Of a DNA stretch of 30,643 nt, positions 1-8,632 are shown one piece after another. The DNA lies in the NCBI GenBank assembly GCA_019358915.1, contig JAHHIM010000046.1, positions 1 to 30,643 on the forward strand. The letters run 5' to 3'. How positions within the stretch are numbered: position 1 is the stretch's first letter; every line of letters starts with the position of its first letter. The notes beneath the pieces were generated by a model. The model was not told the DNA's origin. It ran no database searches and saw nothing but the letters and a program-made list of their open reading frames with translations. The DNA is from Trichormus sp. ATA11-4-KO1 (GTDB lineage Bacteria > Cyanobacteriota > Cyanobacteriia > Cyanobacteriales > Nostocaceae). The translations under genes and the position numbers were made by a program.

Positions 1-126
1 AATTGCATTTAGGACTGACCACATATCGACTTTACGCTTGCGTCCACCGGGTTTTGCCTCTGGAATCAGGTCACTCAGAAATTCATATTGCTCACGGGTC
101 AAATTGCTGGGGTAAGCTTTACTCAT
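1..126 (-). CDS. IS5-family transposase, N-terminal 42 codons (truncated by window edge; not in ORF track)
   Basis: Manual translation MSKAYPSNLTREQYEFLSDLIPEAKPGGRKRKVDMWSVLNAI matches the YPSxLT...GRxR...NAI N-terminus (DUF4096) of IS5/IS1031 transposases. Confidence 0.85.
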   Translation of the reverse strand, partial: MSKAYPSNLTREQYEFLSDLIPEAKPGGRKRKVDMWSVLNAI

Positions 127-213
127 GCCACTCTCTCGGTGCTGTTTACTATTCATTCACAGCTTATACTGAGAGAGCTTTTTTACACCCTATCCGACTT
201 TTCAAACACCCTC
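1..213 (-). mobile_element. Left end of an IS5-family (IS1031-group-like) insertion sequence, continuing beyond the window start
   Basis: The minus strand reads TTA|GAGGGTGTTTGAAAAGTCGG from 213, a terminal repeat typical of cyanobacterial IS5/IS1031 elements preceded by a TWA-type target (214-216). A transposase start follows at 126. Confidence 0.8.
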
Positions 214-406
214 TAACTAATCCAGACAGTTCAACAATTTCAGGAATCTCAGCAGCTTGAAGCTTTTGAGTAGTTGGAAACTCCTGTTGCTGAGAAATTG
301 CCATACCTCCGGCAAACAGCGCGTAATCACTTACACTTGGAAAGCGGATTTCAAAAACCGCTTCCTGTAAGGGAGGATTACGCCAAGTTTCATGATTCTT
401 CACCAT
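214..406 (-). pseudogene. TIGR04255-family-like gene, 5' fragment interrupted by the IS
   Basis: N-terminal motif NPPLQEAVFEIRF is characteristic of the family. The frame runs into the IS end after ...ELSGLV, and the tail RGCLKSRIGCKKALSV of ORF 164..421 is IS sequence. Confidence 0.7.
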
Positions 407-805
407 GTTTAACCACTGCAATGAAGACTAGGAGTTCACTAGTTCTAGCTTAATCGATTTACAACGAGATTTCAGGTCAATCCCACTGCTAAATTTATAA
501 AGAAGAAATAATGCGTAAAGAATTGGTATCTGAGAACTTTTTAAGAGAATTAATATATTACCAATGTATCTTATACAAGTGCAATAATACAACCGTTAGG
601 CTGCTTCAAGTTTTTTTGAGGATTCACTCAAAAGTTATCCGTGGGTAAGCCCGTCAAAAATTACTGATAATTCTACAATTCCCCAGCGATAAGTAGTACA
701 ATTAAACTATAAGAGATACGGAAATTTTCCATAGCTTTTGCTGTACTAACTCTGGAAGTTGATGTATGCAGGTTAGTTATTCTGTAACAAGCTGAGGGGG
801 TGGTT

Positions 806-1258
806 ATGGTGCTGTCATGTTTTAACGTAGCAGATTACTTTATCTGGTTAGCAAACGAAACAGGTTCTTTTATAAGTAATTTAAAGCTGCAAAAACTTGT
901 TTACTATGCTCAAGCTTGGCATCTTGCACTCCATAACACTCCTCTTTTTCCAGAGGATTTTCAAGCATGGATACACGGGCCCGTGATACCTGCGCTTTAC
1001 CAGAAGTACAAGCTTTTTGGCTGGCAACCTATTTTAAAGGATGTTAAGCCGGACTTACCTGAAGATGTACAAGCGTTTCTGGATGAAGTTGCACAAGCAT
1101 ATTTTGCCTGCGATGCTTATGAACTAGAGCAGATGACTCACGCCGAATCGCCCTGGAATTGGGCTAGAGGAGATATACCACCTGATGCACCTTCCAACGC
1201 AGTTATTAAAAAGGAGTGGATGAAGGAGTACTACGGATCTCGTGCCGAAGAAGATTAA
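806..1258 (+). CDS. Panacea-domain (DUF4065, SocA/GepA-like) antitoxin
   Basis: Motifs ISNLKLQKLVYYAQ, FQAWIHGPV, LEQMTHAESPW. GAGGGG precedes ATG 806 (alternative GTG 800). Confidence 0.9.
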   Translation: MVLSCFNVADYFIWLANETGSFISNLKLQKLVYYAQAWHLALHNTPLFPEDFQAWIHGPVIPALYQKYKLFGWQPILKDVKPDLPEDVQAFLDEVAQAYFACDAYELEQMTHAESPWNWARGDIPPDAPSNAVIKKEWMKEYYGSRAEED

Positions 1259-1676
1259 GAAAACTGAAGTTGTTAAAGATGGCACATCAGCTATTAAACC
1301 AACCAAGCTGAAGTCACCTAAAGGCATCAGCTTTTCGTTTAAATATTATCAGGACGGACATGACAAATTTGCTTGTACCGAAAAAGAAGTAATTTACTGG
1401 CTGACTCTGCTTGATAGGTTAAAAGCTTTATCCAGCTTGACGGCTCAAGAATTGATAGTCAATCGTAGCAGTAGCCTCAGATGTCATCCTATCAAGTGGG
1501 AAGATACTAGCGAAAGCGGATTTGGTTTACCTAACGAAGAACAATTAGTTGATACGCCATATCAGTTTTCACTCTCTTCAAATCAACATGGCAGGGTTCA
1601 TGGGTTTTTTATTGATGAGATTTTCTATATTGTTTGGCTAGACCCAGATCATTTACTCTACCCTGCAAAAAACTAA
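1242..1676 (+). CDS. Putative cognate toxin of the Panacea antitoxin (uncharacterised; possibly RelE/ParE-like RNase fold)
   Basis: 144 aa ORF overlapping the antitoxin by 17 nt, AAGGAG upstream of the GTG. C-terminus GRVHGFFIDEIFYIVWLDPDHLLY resembles RelE-superfamily beta-strands. Toxin role is inferred from context. Confidence 0.65.
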   Translation: MPKKIKKTEVVKDGTSAIKPTKLKSPKGISFSFKYYQDGHDKFACTEKEVIYWLTLLDRLKALSSLTAQELIVNRSSSLRCHPIKWEDTSESGFGLPNEEQLVDTPYQFSLSSNQHGRVHGFFIDEIFYIVWLDPDHLLYPAKN

Positions 1677-2695
1677 GGATTTATTGCTACTTTAATTACC
1701 TTACGCGCCTTCATATCGCAAAACACCTGTTCTAAATCCTGTAACGATCGCTTTTCACTAATTAGTAATTCAAAAGGTATTTTACGACTAGCTATGAGTG
1801 CAAGTGCTGCCCGGACATATTCTGGTGTATTGTGGAACACACCTTTTAAAGTCAGTTCACTGTAATGTAGCTGTTCTGTGTTGACTGTAATAGTTGTATC
1901 TCGTGGACAACCACCAAATAAATTAACAGTTGCACCGGGACGAGCGCAAGCGATCGCAGTTTCCCAAACACTAGGTACGCCAGTAGCTTCAATTACCACA
2001 TCTGCACCCCATCCTTGGGTAAGTTCTTTCACTACACTGGGAATGTCTGGAATTTGATGATAATTAAAAATCTCAGTTGCACCCAGCTTCTTACCAATTT
2101 CTAGTCTGTGATCGTTACCACCCCAAAGCAACACTTCAGCTGTATCAGCCAAAGCGGCGACAAACATTAACCCAATTGCCCCATCACCTAATACAACTAC
2201 TCTATCTTTGGGTTTGATATGAGAACGGGCTACACCATGTAGCACACAAGCTAAAGGTTCTGTCATGGCTGCCAATTCCCAGGGCAACTCATCAGAAACC
2301 CGCAATAAATTATGCTTTACTATCGGTGCGGGAATTTTGAGGTATTCGGCAAAGGTGCCATTATTCCATGTCAAATTTGGACACAGCGAATATTCCTGAT
2401 GTTGACAGAAAAAGCATTTCATGCATGGAGCAGAATTATTGGCTACGACGCGATCGCCTAATTGCCAATCCGTCACACCTGCTCCCACAGCCACAATTTG
2501 TCCTGCTGCCTCATGACCAAATAAGGTGGGTAGTGTCAGCATTTTCGCATGACCACCACGCCGCCAGACCTTCAAATCTGTACCACAAGTTGTCGCCACT
2601 CCCACTTGGATGACAACTTCACCTGCTGCTGGAGTAGGCTCAACAACTTGCTCTAAGCGTAAATCTTCTTGACCGTAAAGTAACGCTGCTAACAC
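1673..2695 (-). CDS. Zinc-binding alcohol dehydrogenase (MDR family, sorbitol/threonine dehydrogenase-like)
   Basis: CGTD, GHE, CxxCxxC...C structural Zn site, EPLAC and GDGAIG motifs. Confidence 0.92.
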   Translation of the reverse strand: MLAALLYGQEDLRLEQVVEPTPAAGEVVIQVGVATTCGTDLKVWRRGGHAKMLTLPTLFGHEAAGQIVAVGAGVTDWQLGDRVVANNSAPCMKCFFCQHQEYSLCPNLTWNNGTFAEYLKIPAPIVKHNLLRVSDELPWELAAMTEPLACVLHGVARSHIKPKDRVVVLGDGAIGLMFVAALADTAEVLLWGGNDHRLEIGKKLGATEIFNYHQIPDIPSVVKELTQGWGADVVIEATGVPSVWETAIACARPGATVNLFGGCPRDTTITVNTEQLHYSELTLKGVFHNTPEYVRAALALIASRKIPFELLISEKRSLQDLEQVFCDMKARKVIKVAINP

Positions 2696-2748
2696 AGCTT
2701 TCGACCTAATTAATTAGCTCCACCCGATTTTATCAGGTTGCGAGCATA

Positions 2749-2825
2749 GGCAGAGGGGCAGAGGAGCAGAGGGGAAAGAACTTATATTAGTAATCTCCCC
2801 TTGTCCCCTTGTCCCCTTACTCCCT
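2749..2825. repeat. STRR-like short tandem repeats, G-rich arm then C-rich arm
   Basis: (G/A)GCAGAGG x3 at 2749-2772 and CCCCTTGT x2-3 at 2797-2825. Confidence 0.75.
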
Positions 2826-3015
2826 ACTCCCTGAGTGTAGTCTGAGGCAAAACTCCCGTATTTCGGGTCTCTACATTAGGGTTAGGCAAGCGAGTGACAG
2901 TTAATAATGGTACTTCTTGCCGACAGGACTGGCAAAACCAATACAGTTCACTATGACGCACATGACGCAGGAGGGAACCACCGCAACATGGACAGGTGTT
3001 GGCTCTCATACTCAT
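2824..3015 (-). CDS. Small zinc-ribbon protein (63 aa)
   Basis: CPCC...CQSC cysteine pairs. Strong RBS AAGGAGG upstream. Lies directly downstream of the GT4 gene on the same strand. Confidence 0.75.
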   Translation of the reverse strand: MSMRANTCPCCGGSLLRHVRHSELYWFCQSCRQEVPLLTVTRLPNPNVETRNTGVLPQTTLRE

Positions 3016-3072
3016 ACCAATGTCCTCCTTGAGAAAAAGTTGTTGTTTGAAATGAGCAAAAAAAGTTGTTGT

Positions 3073-4194
3073 TTAAAATTGGACTTTAGCCGCATGTATG
3101 TAACCATTTAAATTCATGCGACTTTTAATAATTTGTTTGTAAACAGCTTCATAGTCGTTAACCATTTGGTTAACACTAAATCTTTTTTCTACATATTCTC
3201 GACAGGCTTGGCGATTAAGTTCCAATGCCGCAGGAATCATACTTGCCATTTCTTGATAGCTTTGGCAGATAAAACCTGTTTTGCCATGAACAATTACCTC
3301 TTGTACGGAACCTAAATTCATGGCGATTACTGGTGTACCAGTTACCATTGATTCAATCATTACTAAGCCAAAAGGTTCTTGCCAATTAATAGGAAAGAGA
3401 GTGATTGCAGCATTGCCTAGAAGTTCAGCTTTTTCGGCGTGGTTGATTTCGCCTAGGTATTCAATCTGCTGACCATCAATATGGGGGGCAATCTCTTGTT
3501 CAAAAAACTGAGAGTCTACTACATCAATTTTTCCTGCCATCTTTAAGCGCCAACCAGTCTGTTTCGCCATGGCGATCGCATGTTGCGGCCCCTTTTCCGG
3601 AGAAAAGCGGCCTAAAAATGCCAAATATAGCGGTTCTTGTGGTTGTGCGATGAACTGATAATCTTTGGGTTCTATCCCGTTGTAAACAGTGCCAACATAG
3701 TTTAAATTGATTTGACGTTGTGAATTACTAATGCTGACGTATGGTTGTTTTTGGTGGTAGCTAAATACTTTGCGATTGTCCTTGGTAAAACTATCGTGCA
3801 AAGTATGCACTGTGGGAGTTGATACCAAACTCGCCAAAGGTAATGCCTTAATCCCTACATGAGAATGAATGATATCGAATTCCGCAGCTTGTTGGTAAAC
3901 TTGGCTAAGTTCTAAAGTTTCATACGCTGCATAATCTTGGACATATCTGTCTAAGCGCAGCGCCAGTGGATAAACTGCTTTTAAATCAGCCAAGGTTTGA
4001 GAGTCACCAGAAGCAAACAAAGTAACTTTGTGACCGCGACGAACTAGTTCATCGGTCAAGTGACTCACTACCAGTTCAATTCCTCCATAACTAGGAGGTG
4101 GAACTCGTTCCCATAAGGGGGCAACTTGAGCGATCTTCATAAGTTGTTTTGGTGCAGTGGGTAAAATTTCTTCAAAATTAAGTACTGTCATCAT
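3073..4194 (-). CDS. Glycosyltransferase family 4
   Basis: MKIAQVAP...YGGIE, FLGRFSPEKG and EPFGLVMIES motifs. The true start may be the internal MKIAQ. Confidence 0.92.
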   Translation of the reverse strand: MMTVLNFEEILPTAPKQLMKIAQVAPLWERVPPPSYGGIELVVSHLTDELVRRGHKVTLFASGDSQTLADLKAVYPLALRLDRYVQDYAAYETLELSQVYQQAAEFDIIHSHVGIKALPLASLVSTPTVHTLHDSFTKDNRKVFSYHQKQPYVSISNSQRQINLNYVGTVYNGIEPKDYQFIAQPQEPLYLAFLGRFSPEKGPQHAIAMAKQTGWRLKMAGKIDVVDSQFFEQEIAPHIDGQQIEYLGEINHAEKAELLGNAAITLFPINWQEPFGLVMIESMVTGTPVIAMNLGSVQEVIVHGKTGFICQSYQEMASMIPAALELNRQACREYVEKRFSVNQMVNDYEAVYKQIIKSRMNLNGYIHAAKVQF

Positions 4195-4408
4195 CTGATG
4201 ATCAATGAGTATTTGTACTTATTTCTGAGATTTAAATTAACCTAAATTGACTTGAGAGAGTGCAATATTGGTTAACCGTACTTTCAACCACTACATAATA
4301 TATTTGAGACCATTAGTAATAGCTACTAAGCAGCTACACTTTTAAAATATAGCTTAGGTTTTAATAGTTTCATCTACCTTGGGGATCATACTTTTTTGAG
4401 CAGTTTTT

Positions 4409-4451
4409 GTAGCTAAATTTACAAAATGCTAGATTTTGTAGCTGAAAATAC
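4409..4451. promoter_or_regulatory. Two tandem NtcA-like boxes (GTA-N8-TAC)
   Basis: GTAgctaaattTAC at 4409-4422 with TTTT/AAAA flanks, and GTAgctgaaaaTAC at 4438-4451, between the divergent GT4 gene and xth. Confidence 0.55.
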
Positions 4452-4596
4452 TAAAAAGATCAGATGGTATTAATTGTTTGTAACACCAAGTTAGCAAAAA
4501 TAGTTAAAAAAGAGCAAATTGCTTTAATGTTAAATGATTATAAAAAATTTACTCATAAAAAATTTAATATTTATTTGGAATACTGTTAACTAACTA

Positions 4597-5385
4597 ATGA
4601 AAATAGCTACTTGGAATGTCAACTCAATTCGCACTCGTCTAGAACAGGTGATCTATTGGTTAGCTCAAAATCCTGTTGATATCCTCTGCTTGCAAGAAAC
4701 GAAAGTTGTGGACGCTAATTTCCCGCGATCGCCTTTTGCAGATTTGGGCTACCATCTTTATGTATCAGGACAAAAAGCTTATAATGGCGTAGCTCTAATT
4801 AGCCGAAAGCCGCTTACAGATGTTACTACCGGATTCAGGGCTATTTTGCCCGATATTGAACGAAAATGGGATGAGCAAAAGCGGGTAATTACGGGTGTGA
4901 CTGATGGTATTCGGATTGTGAATCTGTATGTACCCAATGGTTCGGTCGTAGGCAGCGAGAAATACGAATTTAAGCTGCGTTGGCTAACAGTGCTCAGGGA
5001 GTATTTGCGAACCCTCCTGCTGTTACAACCTGCTATCTGTGTATGTGGCGACTTCAACATTGCTTTAGCAGCCGAAGATATTCACGAAAAAGTGAATCCA
5101 GACAATCACATCATGGCATCCGAAGCAGAGCGCCAAGCCTTACGGGATATCCTGGAACTAGGATTTGCCGATGCCTTTCGCAAATTCACCAGCGAAGGCG
5201 GACACTATAGTTGGTGGGACTATCGAGCCGCAGCCTTTAGGCGTAATATGGGTTGGCGAATTGACCATCATTATCTCACCCCAGTTTTATACGAAGGCGC
5301 TAAAAGCTGCATCATTGACGTTACTCCCAGAAAATTGACCCAACCCAGTGACCATGCACCAGTAGTTGTGGAATTTGAGATATAA
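4597..5385 (+). CDS. xth: Exodeoxyribonuclease III
   Basis: MKIATWNVNS, LQETK, YVPNG, GDFN, WWDYR, RIDH and SDHAP motifs. Confidence 0.97.
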   Translation: MKIATWNVNSIRTRLEQVIYWLAQNPVDILCLQETKVVDANFPRSPFADLGYHLYVSGQKAYNGVALISRKPLTDVTTGFRAILPDIERKWDEQKRVITGVTDGIRIVNLYVPNGSVVGSEKYEFKLRWLTVLREYLRTLLLLQPAICVCGDFNIALAAEDIHEKVNPDNHIMASEAERQALRDILELGFADAFRKFTSEGGHYSWWDYRAAAFRRNMGWRIDHHYLTPVLYEGAKSCIIDVTPRKLTQPSDHAPVVVEFEI

Positions 5386-5416
5386 GGATGCGTTAGGACA
5401 TTAGTCCTAACACACC
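5386..5416. terminator. REP-like hairpin between convergent xth and ocp
   Basis: GTTAGGAC-atta-GTCCTAAC (5392-5411) within a longer imperfect palindrome. Confidence 0.55.
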
Positions 5417-5435
5417 AAAATTTCTAGCGTAATTT

Positions 5436-6404
5436 CTAAACGCGACGCAGACTTAGTAGTTCTTGAGGAGAAGCCAGCATATCGATCGCCACGAAGAAAA
5501 TTTTGCCTTGGGGATTGATTAAGAACCGCCAAGCAATATTCATGCCAACGTTGACGCCAAACCAAGGAGTTTGTACTACACCTGTGACTTTAAGCTGCTT
5601 TGAGCCATCTGGCTGAATTTCACAGATACCCTGTTTTGGCATCATGTTCAATCCTTGTGCTTCTTCACGCATGTATTTAGCGATCGCTTCATGACCAACA
5701 ATCGGTTTTTGGAATGGTGGTTGCAACGCACCATCGGGAGTAAATAGATTGATGGCTTTATCAAAGTCGTCTGCGTTCATGGCTTCAATATATTCCAGTA
5801 CAGCAGGTTCAGTGATGCCATCAATCTTGATTGAGGAAACAGCTGGAGTTGTACGTTGGAATGCAGGTTCGGCAACGGCTTTGGGATAGCTGCTAGGACC
5901 AAGATCAGAAGTATCGAATCCCATATCTACCACGGTGTTACGTAGTACTGTGATTTGCTGACCTGGATCAAGCTTTTTGGTTGCTTCCAGTACTACTTGT
6001 ACACCAGGAGTCATTTGATAACCACTGGGGATAGGCGCGACAATACCCTGTTTCATCAACTCTCCTAACTCATACCAAAAAGCTAATTTGGTATTAACAC
6101 TGAAGAAACCATAAGAACGGCTAATGGGAGTATCAGCACGGCTAGCAAGATCTCGCATCACTTGAGTTTGTTCTTCCGGAGACATTTGCTTGATTTGGTT
6201 GAGCAAACTTTCCGCTAATTGCAGACGTGCGGCTCCAGGTGCTGCGGGAGTAATTGTCCGACCCATTTCAGTGTAGGCAAACCATAGATATGCCAGTTGG
6301 TCATCAACACCGAGTTGGTCGAACAGCGCTATGGTCGCTGGAATGGGGCTAGGAACTTGAGTGTTAGAGAAAATATTTTGAGCGGACTCAATAGTCAAAG
6401 CCAT
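5436..6404 (-). CDS. ocp: Orange carotenoid protein (full NTD+CTD), probably non-OCP1 clade (OCPX/OCP3-like)
   Basis: EMGRTITPAAPGAA, VNTKLAFWYEL, LQPPFQKPIVG, VTGVVQTPWFG and AIDMLASPQELL motifs. GGAG precedes ATG 6404. The OCP1-type Cys positions read MRDLAS and REEAQ. Confidence 0.93.
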   Translation of the reverse strand: MALTIESAQNIFSNTQVPSPIPATIALFDQLGVDDQLAYLWFAYTEMGRTITPAAPGAARLQLAESLLNQIKQMSPEEQTQVMRDLASRADTPISRSYGFFSVNTKLAFWYELGELMKQGIVAPIPSGYQMTPGVQVVLEATKKLDPGQQITVLRNTVVDMGFDTSDLGPSSYPKAVAEPAFQRTTPAVSSIKIDGITEPAVLEYIEAMNADDFDKAINLFTPDGALQPPFQKPIVGHEAIAKYMREEAQGLNMMPKQGICEIQPDGSKQLKVTGVVQTPWFGVNVGMNIAWRFLINPQGKIFFVAIDMLASPQELLSLRRV

Positions 6405-6622
6405 GATTGCAATCTCCAATATTGTTTATTAATTAGCTGCTTTCAAAATTCCCACAATGAATCTTAAAGCCGAGACAAACCGCTAAGAAATCAAATTAAC
6501 TCTCGTTAATCCCAGACTTCCAGCACTAAAAATGAGACCAAACTCAGTCAAAGCCAATCTAGGGACTGTCTTTTCGTTGGTTTATCCTCAGACGTAAAGA
6601 AGTGTAACAATAAAACTTAACT

Positions 6623-6640
6623 TTTGTAAAGTTATTTAAC
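6623..6640 (-). promoter_or_regulatory. HLR1 (RpaB)-like direct repeat upstream of ocp
   Basis: Minus strand GTTAAATA-ac-TTTACAAA against consensus KTTACAWW-N2-KTTACAWW (one mismatch). Confidence 0.45.
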
Positions 6641-6913
6641 TAATTCGTGACATATTCCGGCAAGTGTGGGCTTTTATATTTCTTGTCGTCAATCCCAAAA
6701 CAAGTAGGATGCAGGTGGATAAAGAGTGCTTTTTTCCGTTACAAAATTACGCAAGGCACAAACTTTAGATCACAAATAGCGATCGCTGAAATAAACTACA
6801 GAAAGTTTTTTTATTGGACTTACTCTAGGCTTTATACAAGCAAAAATCAGGGCAGGCAAATTACCTACCCGATAAAAGACATAAGCTGAGTTAAAAATAC
6901 TTTTGGCTTTTTT

Positions 6914-8062
6914 CTAGGCTCTGCGACTTAGCTGTAAAGGTCGCATTAGTAAAACATCTCGATAAAGTTCTTCCAACTGAGTAATATTCTTACAGAGGGT
7001 ATAGCGGTCTAATACACGCTGTCTGGCTTTCTGTCCCAGCAGGGTAGTTAGCTCAGGATGGTCTTGTAATAGTGGTAAGAGGGTTCTTAATTGCGATCGC
7101 ACTGTTTTAGTATTCAGAACTATACCTGCCCCTTTCTCTAATACTTCTCCATCGGCACCAACATCTGTGGCTAAACACGCTATTCCCGATGCCATCGCCT
7201 CTAATAAAGATAGAGATAACCCCTCTACCAAGGAAGGTAAAATAAATACATCTGCACCCCGTAAAATTTCGATGCGGCGATTTTCCTCTGCAACAAATCC
7301 CAACCAGATAATGCCGGATTCTGAACTATAGAATGGTTCCAAGGATGCTTTTAAAGCACCGTCACCAACAACCAGTAATTTACTACCAGCCCTCATTTGT
7401 GACTGCTTCCAAGCGCGCAGAAGAGCTTCGACATTTTTTTCTGGTGCTATCCGACCTTGATAAACAAATAAACGTTCGGCTTTAAATTCTGCTTTGACTG
7501 TAGATGCTCCTGGAGAATATTTGCTAGCATCAACTCCATTGGGAATCACGGCGATTTTTCCTTCCCGTACACCCAGGCGTGCTAATAACTCTCGTTGAAT
7601 TTGGGAAAATACAATCACGCGATCGTAGTTACCCAAAAAAGGCGCGTAGAGTTGATAAGCTAAAAGCTGTGTTCCAGATATTAATTTTGCCCCCTTACCA
7701 GCAAATGGTGTGTGAAAAGTGGCAACTAAAGGCAAATTCAGTTGGTCACAGATTTCTGGTAGAACAAAGTCAAGGGGAGATAAAGTTAGGGAAGCATGGA
7801 CTATATCAGGTTTAATTTCTCGTAGCGATTCGGTTAAAAGCTTGGTCGCTTTAAAGGTGGGAATTGTGTAAACCTGGGATTTATAGATGAAGGGCAAGGA
7901 AACTTCTTGGAAATTTGGCCAATTGTCGGGTTCAGATTCTTCTTGGGCGAAGTGGAGAAAACTAACTTGGTGTCCCCGGTCTAGCAAGGCATTTGTAATT
8001 TCTCGACTGTAGGTGACATTCCCACAAAAAGGTGATTTTTTTCCAATCCAGGCTATACGCAT
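6914..8062 (-). CDS. dgdA: GT4 glycosyltransferase, digalactosyldiacylglycerol synthase (DgdA/Ycf82 type)
   Basis: N-terminus MRIAWIGKKSPFCGNVTY recalled as DgdA-type; EGLSLSLLEA motif. Position after deoC-recO-MFS matches recalled Anabaena alr4178. Confidence 0.75.
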   Translation of the reverse strand: MRIAWIGKKSPFCGNVTYSREITNALLDRGHQVSFLHFAQEESEPDNWPNFQEVSLPFIYKSQVYTIPTFKATKLLTESLREIKPDIVHASLTLSPLDFVLPEICDQLNLPLVATFHTPFAGKGAKLISGTQLLAYQLYAPFLGNYDRVIVFSQIQRELLARLGVREGKIAVIPNGVDASKYSPGASTVKAEFKAERLFVYQGRIAPEKNVEALLRAWKQSQMRAGSKLLVVGDGALKASLEPFYSSESGIIWLGFVAEENRRIEILRGADVFILPSLVEGLSLSLLEAMASGIACLATDVGADGEVLEKGAGIVLNTKTVRSQLRTLLPLLQDHPELTTLLGQKARQRVLDRYTLCKNITQLEELYRDVLLMRPLQLSRRA

Positions 8063-8402
8063 TCTTTATTAGCTATCAGAGAAGCAGGTTTGATATATCA
8101 GTTTTATATTTTTTTAGTGGCTTATCTTTTATCCTGTTGAAATTTTTTGCTGTTTATTTGGCATAAAACTCAACCATAACCCAGTTAATAAGGCAAAACT
8201 TACTATTATTAACCCCGTATATTTATGGATTCATTTACCCTACATTTATTAAGTTGTTAATGACTATATCTTAATAGCAAATTAGTCTTGCTAATATCAA
8301 ATTGATACTCAGCAAGTCTGTAGTAGATTTTTGCTGAGATTTAGTTTAGCACGAAAGCAAAAACTTTCAGTAAATTAGTGATGCTTAGTAGGTAATGAAT
8401 TA

Positions 8403-8614
8403 TATAGCCGTAGTCAAATAGGTGAGGACAGTGTTGGTTGCTCAAAGTTTTGCAGCAACTGGGTTTATACTCAGCAACACTAGGTTCTACCCAGTAGCAA
8501 GCCGCGCAAAGCGCGTCTACCAGTCGGCAAAGCCTTATGCCTCAGGCAGTTCCTCTTTGGGGAAACCACTTCTTCTGGGGACTGCGTCACCACAGCACTC
8601 AGTACTTTGCTATA
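8403..8614. repeat. Composite intergenic repeat element (MITE-like) with nested hairpins
   Basis: Bounded by TATAGC...GCTATA. Internal hairpin GTAGCAAGCCGCGCAAAGCGCGTCTAC (8494-8520) and a GGAAACC-centred unit ending TCACC (8545-8591) similar to 17714-17757. Confidence 0.45.
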
Positions 8615-8632
8615 ACTCTTTTCGTCTCATCA

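Noticed and set aside
3..260. 85-aa plus-strand ORF
   Set aside because: Antisense to the transposase and IS end.
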